From positions 1 to 46,698 of the forward strand of contig NW_021834925.1 of NCBI RefSeq assembly GCF_006345805.1: a stretch of 46,698 bases of DNA, in the 5' to 3' direction. Source of the stretch: Octopus sinensis (Eukaryota). The stretch's first letter is position 1. Every line of letters begins with the position of its first letter. Below, one piece after another: positions 10,791 to 23,005 of the stretch. The position numbers and the translations under genes are program-made. The notes below the pieces were generated by a model, which worked only from the letters and a program-made list of their open reading frames with translations, was not told the DNA's origin and ran no database searches.

Positions 10791-11064
10791 TAATGTCACA
10801 GTAAATTATACAATGTTCTTCTATGAACACCAATGAAAATTATTATGGCAAGCTTCGACATTAAGCATCTCCAAGAATGGACGAGAATGGACGAACAGAT
10901 AACACGTCTTCATACATTTCTACTCACATTAAATTTTCTTCCTCGTGAAAAATTTGCATGATTTCATTGTTCCGCATTTCTCTCGAGTGTGTGATTTTAT
11001 GGAAGAGGTAAGATCATTTTTATGGTTTTCTCAATGGCTATTTTGACTCTTCAGTTCGAATTAC

Positions 11065-11260
11065 AAAGCTATAAATAATAGTATGTATATATCGGGTTGA
11101 AAAATCCTTTTAGATGGAGAAAGTTGAAGGCAGCCCGTTGGGCACGAACCCGCATCTCTTGAAGAAAATAAAAGCATTTTACTACGGGCAGCCTTCGACT
11201 TTTTCAATTTGAAAGAGTTTTTTAATCCAAAATCTACATTCTATCCTAAATCATAGCTTT
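11065..11260. mobile_element. Fold-back/MITE with a tRNA-like core
   Basis: About 74-bp imperfect inverted arms around 11139-11183. The core reads gtaaaatgc...agagatgcgggttcgtgccc on the minus strand. Confidence 0.55.
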
Positions 11261-11690
11261 AAGTCGGCGATCTGGCAGAATCGTTAGCACGCCGGGAAAA
11301 TGCTTAGTAGCATTTCGTCCGTCTTTATGTTCTGAGTTCAAATTCTGCCGAGGTCGACTTTGCCTTTCATCCTTTCGGAGTCAATGAAATGAATACCAGT
11401 GAAACCCTTGGTCGACTAAGTCCCTCCCCACAAATTTCAGGCCTTGTGCCTTCATTAGAAAGGATTATTCATAGCTTTAAGGTGGCGAGCTGGCAGAATC
11501 ATTAACACGCCTGGAAAAATGTTTTGCAGCATTTCGTCCGTCTTCACGTTCTGAGTTCAAATTCCGCAGAGGTCGAACTTGCCTTTCATCCTTTCAGGGT
11601 CGATAAAATAAGTATCTGTAGAGTACTAGGGTTGATTTAATCGTCTTATCCACTACCCCGAGCTTGCTGGCCTTGTGCCAAGTCTGGAAA
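11260..11690 (+). mobile_element. Two tandem SINE A copies
   Basis: ggcgatctggcagaatcgttagcacg...ctgagttcaaattc at about 11265; ggcgagctggcagaatc at about 11484. Confidence 0.9.
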
Positions 11691-12472
11691 CGACTATTAA
11701 TCATGGCTTTATGCGTACTTCAAAACCTACATTTCGAAAAAAAATTACTTCACGTTCTCTCGAGAGTTTACAAATTCTTATGACGTCATCAAATTATAAA
11801 ACTGTTTTTTTGGACAAATCCTTCTTGAAACAGACAATACTTATAGAATTAAAATGAATTTACCGATAAGATCAAGTCTACCAGAGAATTTATTGCATAA
11901 TTTAATTTTTTTTAAACTAATAACGACTAATATTTTAGTTTTCTTTACGTAATGTTGTCTTTTATTTTCTTTAAGTATTGTATCTAACTAGAATTAAAAT
12001 ATTTTCTACGATGTTTGCATTTAAATGTCTCTATACTCCATTATAATATTTTCTAATTGTTAATTATTCAAAAATATTCTAATTTACTGATATCTCTTCT
12101 TATACTTTCTTCCCACTTCTGCTTTCAAGATAAAAGATGGATTTTCAAATTATTGTACCCGTGAAACCAGCAACTTAAAAATACACATAAATTAATTTTC
12201 ATATCTTTCATTCATTCTCAGTATTTTTATTTTCTCATTTCTCTTTCTTTCTTTCTTTCTTTCCCACTATCTCTTTGCCTGCCTGAGTCTGTCTCTCTCT
12301 TCCCTTCTCTTTCTTGATAGATGTATGCAAATAAGCAACACACAAAAATCCTTGTGTATTTTATAGATATCTGTGGTTATGAATGTGCGTGTACGTGCTC
12401 GCGTGTGTGTACGTGAGTATGTTTCTTACTTCAGAATATTTGACCTTGTGGCAAACATTACGGATATCGAAA

Positions 12473-14070
12473 ATGAAGGTGAGTAGGGCAGAAAGCGGGA
12501 TGAAACGAAAATGCAAAACAGAAACGATCATCTGATTTTGTGAAGTCATTTCTTGAGCAGCTTAATCTTTCACTATTATTAACTAAAGAAGTGTCTTTCA
12601 AACACGCAATGCTAAAACCTTGGATATCAAAAACAGAAAAACAAAAAAAACATAGCCTATAGCATGTTCGATCCAGTATCATGATTTCGGGATCTTCCGT
12701 TTGATATTTAAAACAATGCTTACTTTGTGTTTGAAATAATTTTCAAATTAGTAAAAGTCCATTGAAACCTTTTAGAAAATGGTGGAATCATTAACAAAGC
12801 GCTTCAAGCTTAAATTACATTAGAAAAACCAAAATGGCGAGGCTTTTCTCCACAGAATTCTCCTTCGCATAAAAGTTTAGCTACATAAAACCTTACATTA
12901 CATGGTGACAAGGAATCTTATGGACAGGAAAAGCAAAGCTATTTTGGAAAATTTGGGCGGTTACTAAAATTGTTGGCAAACTTTGATCTCGTCATGAAAG
13001 TGTTTCTCAATAATGAGGACAAGAACACGGGAAGAATTTATTTCTGTCCATTAGTGCGAAATGAATAAATTCACTTGGCGGCTTCTGCTGTTCACCACAA
13101 ATTGCTATATAACATTCATTCATACGACGAAATATTGTGGTTTCGTGTTTGATTCTATTCAAGATCAAGCAAGCCGAGAACAAATGACAGAAACACTTCG
13201 TTATATTCACGTTAATTTTTAAGGAGAAATCAATTTTTTTTATAAAAGAATATTTTTCTAGAATTTATCCAATTAAAACAAAAGGATGCTGAATATATGA
13301 TGGCGGTAATTTGGGATCAACTTGTAAAGGACGAAACGCCATTAGAAGACGATCTCAATGCTGTAGTTATTATGGCTGGTTATTAAAATGGTGTTGAATG
13401 GAGAATTAATAAAGAAAGAAAACCCTGATATTTGGTTGAGATACCCGCTGCTAACCATAATGGTAACATTTTCAGCATCATACGATCCATTTATTCGTTG
13501 TTTTCCTGCTCGATACTCCGTTGACAAAAATTGAAGGATGTCATAGCATTAGTTATTAAATTTGAAACTCGATGGAATCGCATAACAGAGGCTGTAAAAC
13601 CAGTTCACAAATATTTTGGTATCAGAGTGAAAATTTTGCAAAGCCTGCTTTATCGTCAAAATTAAACTCTGTGTAGAAAAGCAGATGAGGTAGGTTCTGA
13701 TTCAAATGTTAACTTTAGCTTTCAATTTCTTGGTTTTGCTTCGATTTTCGAATAAATATATTACTTGGATTCACCGTATTCCAAAGTGATTCCAAGGTTC
13801 TTTCATTAATTTTTATAATGCTTCTTTATGTTTATTTTTTAGGCTACTGAGCATCGATCAGTGAATTGCTTGAAATTCGGCAGAAACAAGCAATGAGTAA
13901 GGGTTATCCCAACAGGTACGCAGAAAAACGAAATACATGATAAACAATCCAGGTATTTAGAGATTACTGTTAATGACTGGAAGAAACTATTGATTGTCAT
14001 CATGAAGAAATGAAAGAAATACTTGCTGACGTCGTTTGAAGTTTCCAAATTAAATTTCTTCTCTGGCGAA
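12473..14070 (+). pseudogene. Decayed hAT transposase (ZMYM1-like / DUF4371 type)
   Basis: Hand translation gives KFGRLLKLLANFDLVMK (about 12950), FDSIQDQASREQMTETLRYIHV (13148-13216), EFIQLKQKDA..MAGY, ETRWNRITEAVKPVHKYF (from 13564). Many stops and frameshifts. Confidence 0.8.
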
Positions 14071-14109
14071 CTTAATAGAACTGGTGGGACAAAAAAATAT
14101 ATACAGAAT

Positions 14110-14253
14110 ACTCAATAGAGTGTTTTTCGTTAGGAAGGACACCCAACCATAGAAACCATGCCATATTAGAAGGTGGAGCTCCCTGCGGTGGATCCTGTAA
14201 AACAGTTCAACTTATGCCAGCAGGGAGAACAGACGTTGAATGATGATGATGAT
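14110..14253 (+). mobile_element. RTE-derived 3' tail fragment with (GAT)n end
   Basis: cgttaggaaggacacccaaccatagaaaccatgcc...aacttatgccagcagggagaacagacgttgaatgatgatgatgat matches the RTE-type 3' end as I recall it. Confidence 0.7.
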
Positions 14254-14255
14254 GG

Positions 14256-15447
14256 ATTCAAAATTTGGCACAAGGCCAGCTATTTTGGGGGAGGGGGGCT
14301 AGTCGATTATATCGACCCCAGTGATCAAGCTATAGTTATTTTATCATCCTCGAAAGGAGGAAAGGCAAAGTTGACCCCGAAGGATTTTGAACTCAGAACG
14401 TAAAGACGAACAAAATACCGATGAGCATTTTGCTTGGAGTGCTAACGATTCTGCCAGCTCACTGCTTTAAGGACGAACCTAATAATGATTTCAAATTTTG
14501 GCACAAAGCCAGTATTTTCGAGTGAGGGGGTAAGTCAATTACATCGACCCCAGTGCTCAGTTGATACTTATTTTATCGACCCCAATGAATGAAATGTTAA
14601 GTCGACCTCGGCGGAATTTGAACTCCGAGCGTATTGATTAAGGACGAACTTAATAGTCATTATTACCAGAGGCAAAAGGCTTGAAATTTTGGAGATTTGG
14701 GGTTAGGCGACTGTATCGACTCCAGTGTTCAACTGGTACTTATTTTATTGACCCCAAAAGGGTGAAAGGCAAAGTCAGCCATTTGAACTTAGAACGTAAA
14801 AACGGTCGAAGGATGAATTTAATAGTTTCAAATTTTGACACAAAGCCACCAATTTCGGTGCGGTGGGGGATAAACCGATAAAATCGTTCCAAGTGTTCAA
14901 CTGGTACTTATTTTATTGACCCCACAAGGATGAAAGGCAAAGTCAACCATGGCAGAATTTGAACTTAGATCGTAAAAACGGTCGAAGGATGAATTTAATG
15001 GTTTCAAATTTTGACACAAGGCCACCAATTTCAGTGCGGTGGGGGATAAACCGATAAAATCGACCCAAGTGTTCAACAGGTACTTATTTTATAGATTCCG
15101 AAGGATGAAAGGAAAAGTCTGCTCCGGGGTAGTTTGAACTCAGAACGTACTGACGGATGAAATGCCGCTAAGCATTTTGTCCGGCATGATAGCAATTCTC
15201 CCAGCTTGCCACCGAGAAGGATGAATTTAATAATGACTTCGAATTTTGGCACAAAGCCAGCAATTTCGGGAGGGGTGCTAAGTTGATTACATCGACCCCA
15301 GTATTCAAGTGGTAGACATTTTCTCGACCCTGAAAGTATGAAAGGCGATGTCAATGTCAGTGAAATTTGAACTCAGAATGTAAACACGGACGAAATGACG
15401 CTAAGCATTTAGTCCGACGTGCTAACGATTCTACCAGCTTACTACCT
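14256..15447 (-). mobile_element. Head-to-tail array of about 7 SINE A copies/fragments
   Basis: Recurring tttcaaattttggcacaa...aactggtacttattttatcgacccc...aaagtcgacctcggcggaatttgaactc. Confidence 0.9.
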
Positions 15448-15599
15448 TATTGGATAAATTTAATATTGAACAACATTATTAATTAGAAATAACCATGAAT
15501 CGATCCCAAATATTCTACTTTTTTTCTTCTGTTTTCACAAGTTCTGCAACAAATAACAATAGGCATAGAATTTGGGGAAAAAATTGTGATGTGAAATGT

Positions 15600-15845
15600 T
15601 TTGTAAATAGTTTCATTTATACTTTCATTTCCTGCAATTTCAGTTTCGTGTGAACTGGTTTTTTTAGAGAAATGATTTCTTAAAAGGAGAAATGAAAGAA
15701 ACAGTTTTTCGTTCGAATGAATAAAGTGTGAACCCCTTTTGATATATTTTCAACTTAGAGATAATTGTTTAGAGATTTCAGGAAGAATCTCTTTTAAAAA
15801 TTTTATCATTTTTGCTGAAGTACTAGAAAAATATACTTCCAAAAA
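15600..15845 (+). pseudogene. Probable hAT C-terminal dimerisation domain remnant (continuation of 12473-14070)
   Basis: VSFILSFPAISVSCELVF*RNDFLK resembles L.IFLTLPVSVASCERSFSKLK; KNFIIFAEVLEK resembles F..II..FA..KARK. Confidence 0.45.
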
Positions 15846-16024
15846 TTAAAAGTGCTTGAATGCTGTGAATATATTGTAATATTGAAATAATCAATAAAGA
15901 ACTGTAAGAATATGAAATTAAACATTTATTTTATCACAGATAACAACATAAAGCAAAGCTGCAATTCTCGTAATAAAAGTATGCAATTTCATTCGTCTTA
16001 TGCGGTGGCTTACTGATATATTTT

Positions 16025-16230
16025 CTGTTATACGTACAAAGCCTGAAATTTTGCGGGTATGGGGAAGTCGATTATATCTACTATAGTGCTCAATTGGTAA
16101 TTATTTCATCGAGCCCGAAATGACGAAAGAGAAAGTCGATCTCGGTGGAATTCGAGCTCAGAACGTAAAGACGGGTCATATGCCGCTAGGTACTTTGTCC
16201 GATGCGCTAACGATTCTGCCAGCTCGCGGC
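16025..16230 (-). mobile_element. SINE A copy
   Basis: gaaagtcgatctcggtggaattcgagctcagaacg...taacgattctgccagctcgc. Confidence 0.85.
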
Positions 16231-16262
16231 CTTCTCTGGGTTCCTAATATATTATTCTACAT

Positions 16263-16695
16263 TAGGCGGCGAGCTGGCAGAAACGCTAGCACGCCGGGCG
16301 AAATGCTTAGCAGTATTTCGTCTGCCGTTACGTTCTGAGTTCAAATTCCGCCGAGGTCGACTTTGCTTTCATCCTTTCGGGGTCGATAAATTAAGTACCA
16401 GTAAAGCACTGGAGTCGATATAATCGACTTAATCCGTTTGTCTGTTCTTGTTTGTCCCCTCTGTGTTTAGCCCCTTGTGGGTAGTAAAGAAATAGGTATT
16501 TCGTCTGCCATTACGTTCTGAGTTCAAATTCCGCCGAGGTCGACTTTGTTTTTCATCCCATCTGGGTTGATAAATAAAGTACCAGTTATAAAGTACCAGA
16601 AAATAAAGCAATATGGTCGATTTAATCGACTTAATCCCTTTGTCTGTCCTTGTTTGTCCCCTCTATGTCTAGCCCCTTGTGGGCAAGAAAGAAAT
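16263..16695 (+). mobile_element. Dimeric SINE A2 with a 16-bp TSD
   Basis: TSD atatattattctacat at 16247-16262 and 16696-16711. Full monomer plus 5'-truncated monomer. Another A copy follows at 16716-16925. Confidence 0.9.
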
Positions 16696-17945
16696 ATATA
16701 TTATTCTACATATAAGACAGCGAGCTTGCAGAACCGTTAGTACGTCGGGCAAAATGCTTAGCAGCATTTCGTCTGTCTTTACGTTCAGGGTTCAAATGCC
16801 ACCGGAGTTAACTTTGCCTCTCGTCCTCTCGGGGTCGATAACATAAGTACCAGTTGAGCATTGGGGTCGATTTAATCGACTCACCCATTCCCCCGAAATT
16901 ACTGGCTTTGTACCAAAATTTGAAACGAATATAATATTCTACATATGCATTTGCCAGGTTCAGAATATATTTTGTCCTTTTTTCAAAGTTGATAGCGTTG
17001 GCAGCCCTATGTATGTCACATCACAGAGTTAGGGTCTACTTAAACTATACGTGTGTGTTAGTCCTGTCTGTCCGTGTTGAGTGAGGGAGATAAGGATTTA
17101 CGTGGTCCTTGTAGTAGTCTTCAGGAATTGTCTGGGTGGTTACAGATGGTTTTTTTTTATGTTCTGACAATAACTGTAGGCTTTTAAACATGTCACAGCA
17201 ACAGAGTCTACCCTCCCAATGTACAAATGGTATTTTATGCTGGTGCAACCCTATTTTTGTAGCCGTGGTGTTTAAACACACAAATTATTATTATTATTAT
17301 TATTATATATTTTTTTGGAGGGCTAGGCATATCTTGATTATAATATCTTTCATATCTAGCATAAATATAGGAATACTTTTATAAGCAAAAATAGGGTAAT
17401 ACAAACACAAAATACCATTTGGACGTTGAAATGGTAATTCATGTTTTGTTACCATATTTTTGTTTATCAACGTATTCCTATATGTATCTTAGTCATGCGT
17501 GTCCTTGTTGAGTGAGGGAGATATGGATTTATTTGGTTTTTGTAGTAGTGTTCAGGGACTATCTGGTTAGTTAGAAACGTTTTCTAATGCAATGTTATTA
17601 CTAGTGGCGAGTCTGGACTTCGTAAACTATCTATTCACTGTGTTTTGTCATGGAGAAAATTTCTCGCTGTAGACAAATGGTGTAGATACACCTAAATCAG
17701 CTTACAGCGCTACCTATCCAGACTGTGAGATGCAAGCATTTCGGAGTAGTTATCTCCTCCTCAGTCACAGAAACCGGGTGGTGGTGTTGCGAGCTGATAA
17801 AAGAGACAATCTCTCTTATGTTATTCTAGTCGCCGTACATCGGCTGGTAGTGTTAATCGGCGGCTGACCGTGATTAAATTACGAGGTAGGAGCACTAAGC
17901 ATTGATGTGTGTTCTAATATTCTGATAGTAACAATCGGTGTTTAA

Positions 17946-18150
17946 CGTTTTAGTGTTCAGATTACTCTGTTAAATGTAATACTTTTTCACTTAAATTGTT
18001 TTGAATTACTCATGCACTATCTTATAGCTTTGAGGTTTCAGTGATGTGAGTGTTTATTTGTAGAATGCCAATGTAGGTTAGGTGTAGGAGGCTAGACATA
18101 AAACATGTAGAATATCTGGGGCAGATATAGCCGGTTTAAACACTAAAGGG
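17946..18150. mobile_element. piggyBac-type MITE
   Basis: TTAA at 17942-17945 and 18151-18154; TIR cgttttagtgttc / aaacactaaaggg. Confidence 0.75.
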
Positions 18151-18594
18151 TTAAACATGTCACAACAACAAAGTGTCCCTTTTCAATGTCCAAATGATTT
18201 TTATGTTTGTGCTACTCTATTTTTGCTTATAAAAGTACTTCTATATGTGTATTAAACATGAAAGGAAGTATAACCAATACTATGCCCAAGCCACACAACC
18301 ACCAAAATTTTTTTTTTAATCCTGCGACCTTGTATGTATATCGGAAATAATGATTGTTTATACTGTTAAATTGTGTATCTTTTGGGTCGCTTTATATGGT
18401 TTTACGATTTTGTATGATAATTTTAAAAACTGTAAGAAACGTACCAATGTACAGCTATGACAGCTTAATACGTACTGAAACTTTGCTTCTAAAATTTCTG
18501 TATGCGCTGCTGGAGTATTTTCTGTGAGTGAACAATTTATCCTTCTGTGACATCCAAGCTGTACTCATCCTGCCTTCTTTCCTGGCGCATTATA

Positions 18595-18900
18595 TCTTTA
18601 TATATAAAATTGAAGTTGTGTGTGTGAGACTCTGTCTCCTCCGATTTAGATTCCTAACTACTCCCACATTTTGCGGTGCAATTTAACCAAAAGCGGGTAT
18701 CTTATAGTCGTCATTCATATCGAGCCCTTCTGGGTATTAGCGCGCGTCTACGATGATTCTACGATTTAAAAAGAAATTACCATAATTTTTCCGCATTTTT
18801 AATGATCTTTGCTCGGGTTATATAAGAGAAGTAACGCTCTAAAAATGCTTATATAGTTATTACCCTTACAAACCCGAGCAACGCCGGGCGATACTGCTAG
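18595..18900 (+). mobile_element. Non-autonomous Helitron
   Basis: A|TCTTTATATATAAAA start; 3' hairpin cccgagcaacgccggg; CTAG|T end. Confidence 0.8.
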
Positions 18901-19725
18901 TCTTGTATAAATTTTGTTGTCTTTAAAAACCCTAGGATGGTATATGAGGAAGATTTGGTTATAATTCTCTACGGAATGACCGCGAGATAAGGTTTCCTTG
19001 TCTCGATTTTGCCTTTCCCGTGGTCGACTTCGTCTTTCATTCTTTCGTGGTCGATAAAATAAAGTACAGGTTGAGCTTTGATATAATCGAACCCCCCTTC
19101 CCTCTAAAATTGCTGGCCTTGTGACAAAATTTGGAACCCTTATTGGATTGCTGTGGCGTTAATGTGAAATCGGTTCTTTCTTGTACACCATCTGGCGTTT
19201 TATTGATTTTATCTTTTGTTTTCGAGTGAGGAATCACCAAGAGTCTTTATTTTCATCGTCCGACAGGATTAGCACCGCAGCTGTGTGTCATTCCAGCATT
19301 TATTTGCCATTTTATATTCGTACTTTTACATTTGTTTTTTACAGAGTTCCTTTTTGTACAACACGAGCCGAGCAATCTCAATGTAAGTGGTTCAAAAGCT
19401 GCAAGCTAACTGTACCCTCTTGGCATGCAGCCAATTGTGCACCACAGTACACTATGTGTAATAACACAGACATTCAGTCACACAGACTAAACAATACATT
19501 TCTGACACATTAAAAGAATTTCCATCGAGTTGATATTTATAATCGTTTACATTTTATGATTTTAAAGTACTTGAAAAACCTAAAGGGGTATTCTATTATC
19601 GTAATTTTATCACATAGTTTAATTAAAAATTCTTATCATTTATCGTTGTTCTCGTAATTGCAAAGTGTTTTCAAGACGTGCATTTGTAATTTTTGTAAAT
19701 TATAATTTTACATTTTTACACAGAA

Positions 19726-19836
19726 ATGAAACCTGCATTTGATAATGGAGTAGAAAAGAGAAAAAGAGCTACGAATAAAAAAAGGAAAAAGAAAAGAAAA
19801 ACAGAAAAAACTTCAAAGTTATCAGTTTTGTCCTGA
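19726..19836 (+). pseudogene. Possible N-terminus of another hAT-type transposase
   Basis: MKPAFDNGVEKRKRATNKKRKKKRK... after an acceptor-like tttacacag. Resembles SG..KRK hAT N-termini; the similarity is weak. Confidence 0.25.
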
Positions 19837-20030
19837 TGCAACATCTACTCCTCCTGATCCGAACACCTTATCAACATTTACTTCGACTCCTGTGAGCACT
19901 TTTACACTTCAGCTTCCAGTTTTAGTTGCACAGGTTCCATCTCTTACTTGATACTGGAATAGATACACTAACACATAATAGTAATCGAGGATGTTAATGA
20001 AATTTTCTATTACACTACAACAAATTCAGT

Positions 20031-20270
20031 GAAGGTACGTTGTTAGGGTATTTGGCTCATGATTGTAAGGTCGTGAGTTCAATCCCAGGTGGCGCGTTGT
20101 ATCCTTGAGCAAGACACTTTATTTCACGTTGCTCCAGTCTACTCAGCTGTCAGAAATGAGTAGTACCTGTCTTTCAAAGAACCAGCCTTATCACATTCTG
20201 TTTTACGCTGAATCTCCCTGAGAACTAAGTTAAGAGTATGCGTGTCTGTGGAGTGCTCAGCCACGCGAGC
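20031..20270 (+). mobile_element. tRNA-head CORE-like SINE (tail X)
   Basis: gagttcaatcccagg B box; cttgagcaagacactttatttcacgttgctccag; tail ccccgagaactacgttaagggt-like, shared with 28677-29061. Confidence 0.8.
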
Positions 20271-20299
20271 AAGCTAAGAGTAAAAGATGTTTTATATGA

Positions 20300-22020
20300 C
20301 ATATTCTATCAGCATCCGAAGTTTGAAAGTGTTTAGTTACAAAACATTATTTTTTAAATCTGTAGGTCAAAAGGTAAAGATCCCAAAATAATTATGAAGC
20401 AAATGAAAAAGAAAGAAGAGAATAATGTATTTCACAAATTTAAAAGCAATGATTAACTTTACAAATTCAACCAATGAGAAATATCTTATTATTTTCTAGA
20501 AGTGATTTAGCGTGATTTAAATTCGAGGCCTGAAGTATCCGTTGTTCTGATATCATCTGTTGATCTTTGGTACCAGCCCTGATGTTACATTCGACTCAGG
20601 TTTTCAATAAACAAGAAGTCCATGGTGATTTATGAGAATTCTTGAACTTGTTTTTGTTGCACCGAGCGGTGTAAGAACTCAGAATTGTGTGTAAATTATG
20701 TAGGGTTTCACGCATGCGATCTTCCATATAATACCTGTAGGCAGCTGTTACTGAAGTAAAAAAAAAAAAAAAGTTTGTAGTCCCTCTGAAATTATGCAGT
20801 ATTTTATTAGGCTTCAAACTTTTATCAAGGACATATTCATGTTTCAGAAATATATACAGAAGTTTGAGAATCTTTCGATGACGTTAGCGCAAACCTACAT
20901 TGCTACAGGTTGTTCATAAGACTTGTAAAAACTGTAGATGATAAATGCAGACAGTTTTGTTGTTGATTGTTAAGATCAATTTTACTAACCTCCTTTTTTT
21001 TTAACTTTCTTGAGCTTCTAGATTGTTTATATCAAATTCATTTTTCGATCAAGCAATGCTCTGATGTTCAGTCAAATCGGTTTATCGGCAAAAACAATGG
21101 AAGTTGTGCATTTCTGTAAACACTCAAGCAATAAGCTAAGTTCATGCAATGTGTTAAGGTGATGTTGGACAGAAAATTTTCAGAGCACAGTTTATTCGGT
21201 GGACCATTCTAAGCTTTGCTATCATCCCAGATATTGTTCATTACTTAATTTCACCCCCACCCCAAACTAAAGACAGGATGCTTTATTAATTTGTCACATC
21301 TCTGAAACTGACGAAAACAAGCTAGCTATCCACTCGGGGCCCAAAGTATCCCTTATTTTCACAAACCCGTATCAGTTGAAAGGTACATTCTAAGAGGTCA
21401 TTTTAATTTCGAGACGATCTACGTACATTAAGCGCTACGGATTATCTGCAAATGACTGGAAATTATTAATTCCATGAGCTTCTCTCATCGAACCGCCTGC
21501 TAAAATTTCTGATCACTGATTAAGACTGCCAAATGATCCCATCAGAACAATGTTTATTGAGAAGTGTTGCAGTTCTAGATTTAACAGCAGCTCAAGATTT
21601 CACACCAAGATTTATGTTTAGCTTGTCACAAGCAAATGCTACAAGGTTCTGTTTCGTTAATAGCTATCAAACACATAGCTGCTGAGGCAGTTCAATAGAT
21701 TATTAGCAATAGTTGTAGCTTTCTAATTAGCCAGTTCAATCAGGTCTCAAAACACGGGAGATTACCTTCTTTATCACGTTTCAAATAAACTATTAGAGCA
21801 GTCTTAATACTCAGATTCATTGATTCATCAATGAGAACATGAATTTTTCATTTACATGCTTGTTATTCTGGCAAATGTTCATTTTCATATTAATGGTTAT
21901 GTGATTAATTATCTCTGCAGCACTAGTGCAGGAATGTAATCCAATTCCTGTTCCACTATAATTTTTCTTCTTAAATTCCTGTTTAGCCAGAGTAATCAAC
22001 ACTTGACCTGTTATCCTGAG
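20300..22020 (-). pseudogene. Decayed hAT transposase (KIAA1586-like family)
   Basis: Minus-strand translation gives LHSCTSAAEIINHI, VLIDESMNLSIKTALIVYLK (about 21838-21780), LVAFACD (about 21640), TLGPEWIASLF, HELSLLLECLQK. Many disruptions. Confidence 0.75.
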
Positions 22021-22089
22021 TTAAATCATATGCAGAACGGAAAATTAAACAACTTGCCTTTATATAATAAGATATAATGTGACATAACT

Positions 22090-23005
22090 TATAAAGGCAG
22101 CGAAATGTCAGAATCGTTACCACGCCGGGCAAAATGCCTAGCAGCACTTCGTCTTTCTTGACGTTCTGAATTCAAATCCGACCGAAGTCGCCTTTGTCTT
22201 TCATCCTTTTGTGGGATCAATGAAATAAGTGAAAGTTGAGTACAGGGGTCAATGTAATCGGCTTACCTCCTTTACCAAAATTATTGGCCTTTTGCCAAAA
22301 TTTGGAAACTTTATATAATATTGATTTAAAATTTTAGCACAAAGCCAGTAACTTGGGGGTGGGGTCAAGTCGCTTACATCGACCCCAGTGTTTAACTGTT
22401 ACTTATATTATAGACCCTGAAAAGATGAAAGGTAAAGTCGGCCTCAGCGGAATTTGAACTAAGAACATAAAGACAGATAAAACGTCGCTATGCATTCTGA
22501 CCATCATGCTAACACTTCTTATTTCTTTATTGCCCACAAGGGGCTAAACATAGAGGGGACAAACAAGGACAGACAAAGGGATTAAGTAGATTACATCGAA
22601 CCCAGTGCGTAACTGGTACTTAATTTATTGACCCCGAAAGGATGAAAGGCAAAGTCGACCTCGGCGGAATTTGAACTCAGAACATAGCGGCAGACGAAAT
22701 ACCACAAAGCATTTCGCCCGGCGTGCTAACGTTTCTGCCAGCACGCCGAAATACCTATTTCTTTACTACCCACAAGGGTCTAAATATAGAGAGGACAAAC
22801 AAGGACAGACAAACGGATTAAGTCGATTATATCGACCCCAGTGCGTAACTGGTACTTATTTAATCGATCTCAAAGGATGGAAGGCAAAATCGACCTCGCC
22901 GGAATTTGAACGTAGCGGCAGATGAAATACCACAAAGCGTTTCTGCCAACTTGCCGAAATATCGCTAAGCATTTCGTCCAGCGTGCTAATGATTCGGCCA
23001 GTTCG
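22090..23005. mobile_element. SINE A cluster: + copy 22090-22310; - copies 22325-23005 including an A2 dimer
   Basis: Same A/B boxes and domain. On the minus strand the tails gggtagtaaagaaat and gggcaataaagaaat occur in order. Confidence 0.9.
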
